A stretch of 64,000 nt of DNA from Octopus sinensis. Taxonomy: Eukaryota. The position numbers and the translations under genes are program-made. Shown here one piece after another: positions 58,811-64,000 of the stretch. The notes beneath the pieces were generated by a model. That model did no database searches, was not told where the DNA came from, and saw only the letters and a program-made list of their open reading frames with translations. The stretch lies in NCBI RefSeq assembly GCF_006345805.1, contig NW_021833267.1, positions 1 to 64,000 on the forward strand, written 5' to 3'. Every line of letters begins with the position of its first letter. Position 1 is the first letter of the stretch.

Positions 58811-59660
58811 AATTTTTTCTAATCTGTACGGATATCACGCGTTACATTATTACATTATTCAATTCGATATCCCTGTTTAAGATGGTGACTTGAGAGATAT
58901 TGACTGCCATTTCCAGCAGTTTTGTCCAACATACGGAGACTTCTTCATTGTCTCATATTCTGAAACGTCTACACAAGTAGTGCATACCGTCTTTGCAGCC
59001 GTCTGTAACGGAATGGCATACTGTGGCATATATTTCTTTTAAACGGCGTATGACCGTAAAGATGGAAAAATCAAAATAGACATCTTTTGATCACAGAACT
59101 GCTTGGTTAGGCCTACCTGCGGCTAAATAGCAGCTACAGCTACAAAGATCACTTCGAAACTATTGGCCTTTGTCGCCTCAGTCTAGCATTATCTTCTAAA
59201 ACTTAATCGGTTTTGTATATTGCAGAATGATATACTACAAGACATATGATATATATTTCGTATCATAATACTTATTGGACAACTGTCACTGTAATATATA
59301 TGCATATATATATATATATACATACATATGCATATATATATATGTATGTATGTATGCATATGAATATTTATTTACGCGTCAAGGTGCAATATATAAAGAA
59401 ATAATAAAACACACCCAAACACATAAAACTATAAATTTTCTTCTCAATTATAATTTCTCAATTGTAATTCTAACATAAAAAGCAATTAAAAACAGAAAAT
59501 AGCGAAACTAAATTAATAAACAAAACAAAAGAGATTAATATGAAAGACTAAATAATAAAAGTAGATCTTAAATAAAACACACAACCATACATTGATTACA
59601 CACACACACACACATATGTATATATATATATAGACATATATAGACATATATATATATATA

Positions 59661-59739
<79 letters not shown>

Positions 59740-60001
59740 ATATTATATATACATATATATGTATGTATGTATTTATATTTACACACACTGCCACAAGTAC
59801 ATACGCATAGAACTTTCAGAGTATTAGGCATAAAAGTTCGGATATAAATGGAATATAATATTCTTTGTAAATAATTATCTAATTTCGCTACTTCATATTA
59901 ATTCGTTTCGATAGTCTTTGATGTTTAAGATGGTGGAATTAAAAGAAAAACATATCAACAACATCAACAAAATGCTAACAACAAATTAAAAAAAGGAAAA
60001 G

Positions 60002-60036
<35 letters not shown>

Positions 60037-60557
60037 CATATATATATTATATATATATATATATATAGGTTGTCTCCGAAAATAGAAGAGTTTAAAGACG
60101 AACGCATTACAAAGTAATTGATTGAGAACAAAAGAAAAAAATATTTGCGTAAATGAAAAAAAACAAAATCACGCAAGTAAACAAAACTAACAGGAAGAAG
60201 GAGAAAATAGAAAGTTTTGGAAAGAATTTGGAAGAGGATTTTTGCGGAGAAACTTTTGAGGTGTGATCCTGTTGTTTTCTCTTTAAATTATCTCTCAGAT
60301 TCGTTCGTTTAACACAATAGCGTACTAACATCAAAGACAATCAAATTACGAAAAAATAAATCGACGAAAAACTGTACTTCTTTTTCTTTTCATTATTTTT
60401 ATTATTGTTGTTGTTGCCGTCGTCGTTTTACAAAGTATTTTACAAAGATTTTTTTTTGAAATTAATATTTTCTTTCTGTTTTCTTTCTTGGAGTTACTCA
60501 TCGTGAATTATTGAGCTCAATTCGATCCCATGACACACACACACACACACACACACA

Positions 60558-60607
<50 letters not shown>

Positions 60608-60826
60608 TACACGCACAGACATAGGCACGCAACGAGGGGGAAAAGGAAAAACATATTTTAAAAAACAAAGAAATAAATTAAGAATACACTCTGCCCGGTG
60701 TGATGTATTTTCTGAGTTTTTAACCAGTGTCGCTTGCACTTTAAGGAAATCAGTAAAACGTGTTGCAATCTATCTCTCTCTCTATATATATATATTTATA
60801 TATACACATATATATATATCACTATG

Positions 60827-61018
60827 ATAGATCATTAGCCACAACACACATTGTTTTCTCTCCTTGTTTCTCCAATTGTTTTTTCTGTGTCCCTTTCTGT
60901 AGAAGAGTGTAGTCTCGAAACGTAAAAAAATTTTCTATTCCTGAGCGTTCTACTAAAACATCTGTTTGTTTTGTACACCACCTGTCTTCGTCTTTTGTTT
61001 TTTTCGTAAACTCTCCCT
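60827..61018 (+). mobile_element. Short hammerhead-containing element, family H2 copy 2
   Basis: Motif at 60893-60928 CTTT-CTGTAGA-A-GAG-TGTAGT-CTC-GAA-ACGT-A-AAAA; ends CTCTCCC then (TA)n. Confidence 0.75.
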
Positions 61019-61867
61019 ATATATATATACATAAGAGATGTCAAGCAACCAGTCATGAGATCTGTTTTGTCAAAGATATTTAATGTTCTTATAATCTAGA
61101 AATATTCAAAAATTTTAGAAACATTTTGAGTTTAAATGTGGCATATAATAGAGTCGTAGTAGAATTAATAGAGGTAAATTATTTTTATCATTTGTAGTAG
61201 CCACAGAAGTAGTAGAACGAAGCACTGGTGATGAAAAAATACATTTTATGTTAGTTCAAATGTTTTTATAACATATTTTAACTCTGAAAGGCAATTTCAC
61301 AGCAGTTTACTGCGGAGAAATAAACTCTCGCTTATGGTAAAAATGTAGCCTTCCTCAAAGGCAAATACCAATTAGAGGTAACCCGGAGCTGATTAGAAAG
61401 CCGTAGCTTTATAATGAAACATTCAACACGAGACACTAATTGAACTTGCCGAAAGTTTCTACACAAATCGGATGCAAATACTACAACACAAATAGAAACA
61501 AAAAGGGCCTATGATGAAACACAAACCTTGTTTATTCACGTTCCTTGAGAGTAACTTGGTCAGGTTATAAAAACCTCTGCCGACAGTCATAATAGTAGAT
61601 AGCACATTGAATCTCAACGATTGTCCCGTTCTACGAATAAATTCACAGTTTTTATTTCTCTATGGCTATATTCCATTGGAAATACTGTGACGAAGGGAGA
61701 TAATCCAATAAAACAGTGGTAACCCTGACTATATAACCTCCTTTCTTCTTCATTCGTCTCGTTTACTACAATATGTAGCCATATTGTTTCTAATATGAAA
61801 TGAACGGCCGTCAAGTTTGAACAATATGGGATTGTAAACTGGAGACGAAACTTAAGCAACAAACTGG

Positions 61868-62042
61868 TATAACTTAACGAAATTTCGGGGTTAAAGTCTT
61901 GCTATAACTTAACGAAATTTCGGGGTTAAAGTCTTGCTATAACTTAACAAAATTTCGGGGTTAAAGTCTTGCTATAACTTAACGAAATTTGGGGGTTAAA
62001 GTCTTGCTATAACTTAACGAAATTTGGGGGTTAAAATCTTGC
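61868..62042. repeat. Minisatellite, 35 bp x5
   Basis: TATAACTTAACGAAATTTCGGGGTTAAAGTCTTGC in head-to-tail units, no spacers. Confidence 0.97.
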
Positions 62043-62153
62043 TCACATATAACAAAATATACATATACATATTTATTTATCTACCTATATATATGTATAT
62101 ATAGATTTATGCATATGTATGATACATATATTATATTTGTACACGTATGTATG

Positions 62154-62194
<41 letters not shown>

Positions 62195-62371
62195 ACATGT
62201 AAGAACGCGAGACAACGTTTGCTTTCTCTCGCGAGAGGCAACTATATTCCAATAAATTTCGTATTCAATTAACGTGCTCTGGTGAGAATCAATGACAAGA
62301 AACAGTAATAGTAACAACGACATTATTATCAATAATAATAACAATTAGTATTAATGCTATTATCAATATTG

Positions 62372-62374
<3 letters not shown>

Positions 62375-62421
<47 letters not shown>

Positions 62422-62648
62422 TTATATTATTATTATTATTATTATTATTATTAGCATTATTATTGTTGTTGTTGTTGTTGTTATTATTATTATTATTATT
62501 ATTATTGTAGTCACTATTATAACTTGTAATTTCATTATTTAACCAATTCCCTGGATCTTATTAATTTTATGATAACCGACATAAAGATAACTGCAATAAT
62601 ATAACATATAATATTAATGATAAAAATAATGACAACAATATTAAAAGC

Positions 62649-62690
<42 letters not shown>

Positions 62691-62735
62691 CATAATAATA
62701 ATAACATTAATAATAATAATAAATAATAATAATAA

Positions 62736-62767
<32 letters not shown>

Positions 62768-63126
62768 TAAAAATGATAATATAATAATAATAATAATAAT
62801 AATATAATAATAATAATAATAATGATGATGATGATGATAAAATAATAATAATATAATAATAATAATAATAATAATAACAATAACAATAATAATATATAAT
62901 AATAATATAATAATAATAATAATAATAATATAATAAAAAAATTAAAATAATAATAATATAATAAAAATTAAAATAATAATAATAATAATAATAATAATAT
63001 AATAAAAATTAAAATAATAATAATAATAATAATAATAAAAATTAAAATAATAATGATAATAATAATAATAATAAATAATAATAATAATATAATAATAATA
63101 TAATAATATAATAATAATAATAATAA

Positions 63127-63166
<40 letters not shown>

Positions 63167-63297
63167 GTTAAAATAATAATAATAATATAATAAAAATTAA
63201 AATAATAATAAATAATAATAATATAATAATAATAATAAATAATATAATAATAATAATATAATAATAATAATATAATAAAAATTAAAATAATAATAAA

Positions 63298-63332
<35 letters not shown>

Positions 63333-63342
63333 TAATAATAAT
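62375..63342. repeat. (TTA)n then long (AAT)n tract
   Basis: Direct reading. Confidence 0.95.
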
Positions 63343-64000
63343 AAAAATTTCGTGTGGCATTTTCCAGGGTGACTCACTGTCACCACTCCTCTTTTGTTTA
63401 TCCTTAATACCTCTCTCAAAGCTGCTTAATGACGCGCAGTACGGGTATAAAATGTTTGATAAAAATATAAATCATCTCGTTTACATGGATGATTTAAAGC
63501 TTTTTGCAAAAAATGATCAACAACTCAAGGGCTTACTAGCGATAGTCAAACAATTCAGTGACGACATCAGAATGCAATTCGGCCTCGATAAATGTGCAAA
63601 GGCTACCTTTATCAAAGGAAAAATGACAGAAACATCTAACGTTAACCTTGACCAACAGAATGTCATAAAAGAACCAGACCCAGCGGAGAGCTACAAGTAC
63701 CTAGGGGTAATTGAAGGGAACGGAATAAGGCATTCAGAGATGAAGGAAAGGATCAGGAGAGAATGCTATCGAAGAGTGAGAGCAATATTCAAGACAGAGC
63801 TAAATGCAAGAAACAGGATCGAAGCAATCAATGCATTAGCTATACCAGTCGTGACTTACAGTTTCAATATTGTTAACTGGTCAATTACTGAAATATGTCA
63901 GCTCGACAGAAAAATAAGGAAACTGTTGACAATGCATAGAATGCACCACCCTAAGGCAGATACAGAACGACTCTATCTGCCAAGAAAAGAGGGAGGCCGT
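63343..64000 (+). mobile_element. R4/Dong-like LINE, 5'-truncated, frame open to the window end
   Basis: KISCGIFQGDSLSPLLF...YMDDLKLF...YKYLG...LYLPRKEGGR without stops; highly similar to 172-820. Confidence 0.95.

Noticed and set aside
61868-62042. CRISPR-like 35-bp repeats
   Set aside because: Units are contiguous with no spacers, there are no cas genes, and the context is eukaryotic.
62226-62237. CTCTCGCGAGAG palindrome (BANP-type motif)
   Set aside because: Single short motif without promoter or CpG-island context.

Overview
Eukaryotic, very AT-rich DNA dominated by microsatellites ((TA)n, (CA)n, (TATC)n, (AAT)n, (ATG)n, (ATGT)n). The SINE families and repeat style suggest an octopus/cephalopod genome (inference). 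I cannot support any host protein-coding exon, and nearly all ORFs in the track are microsatellite read-through. Recognisable content: four fragments of restriction-like-endonuclease (R4/Dong-type) LINEs, two near full-length decayed mariner (DD34D) transposons, a Penelope-like GIY-YIG fragment, an RTE 3' fragment, Helitron-like non-autonomous elements and many tRNA-derived SINEs. The most notable signal is about nine type-I hammerhead-ribozyme-like motifs, mostly with palindromic stem III. They sit in short Penelope-terminal-repeat/retrozyme-like elements beside (TA)n tracts, and include family-fixed non-canonical cores, long stem II variants and fold-back palindromes. All alignments and folds were done by eye.
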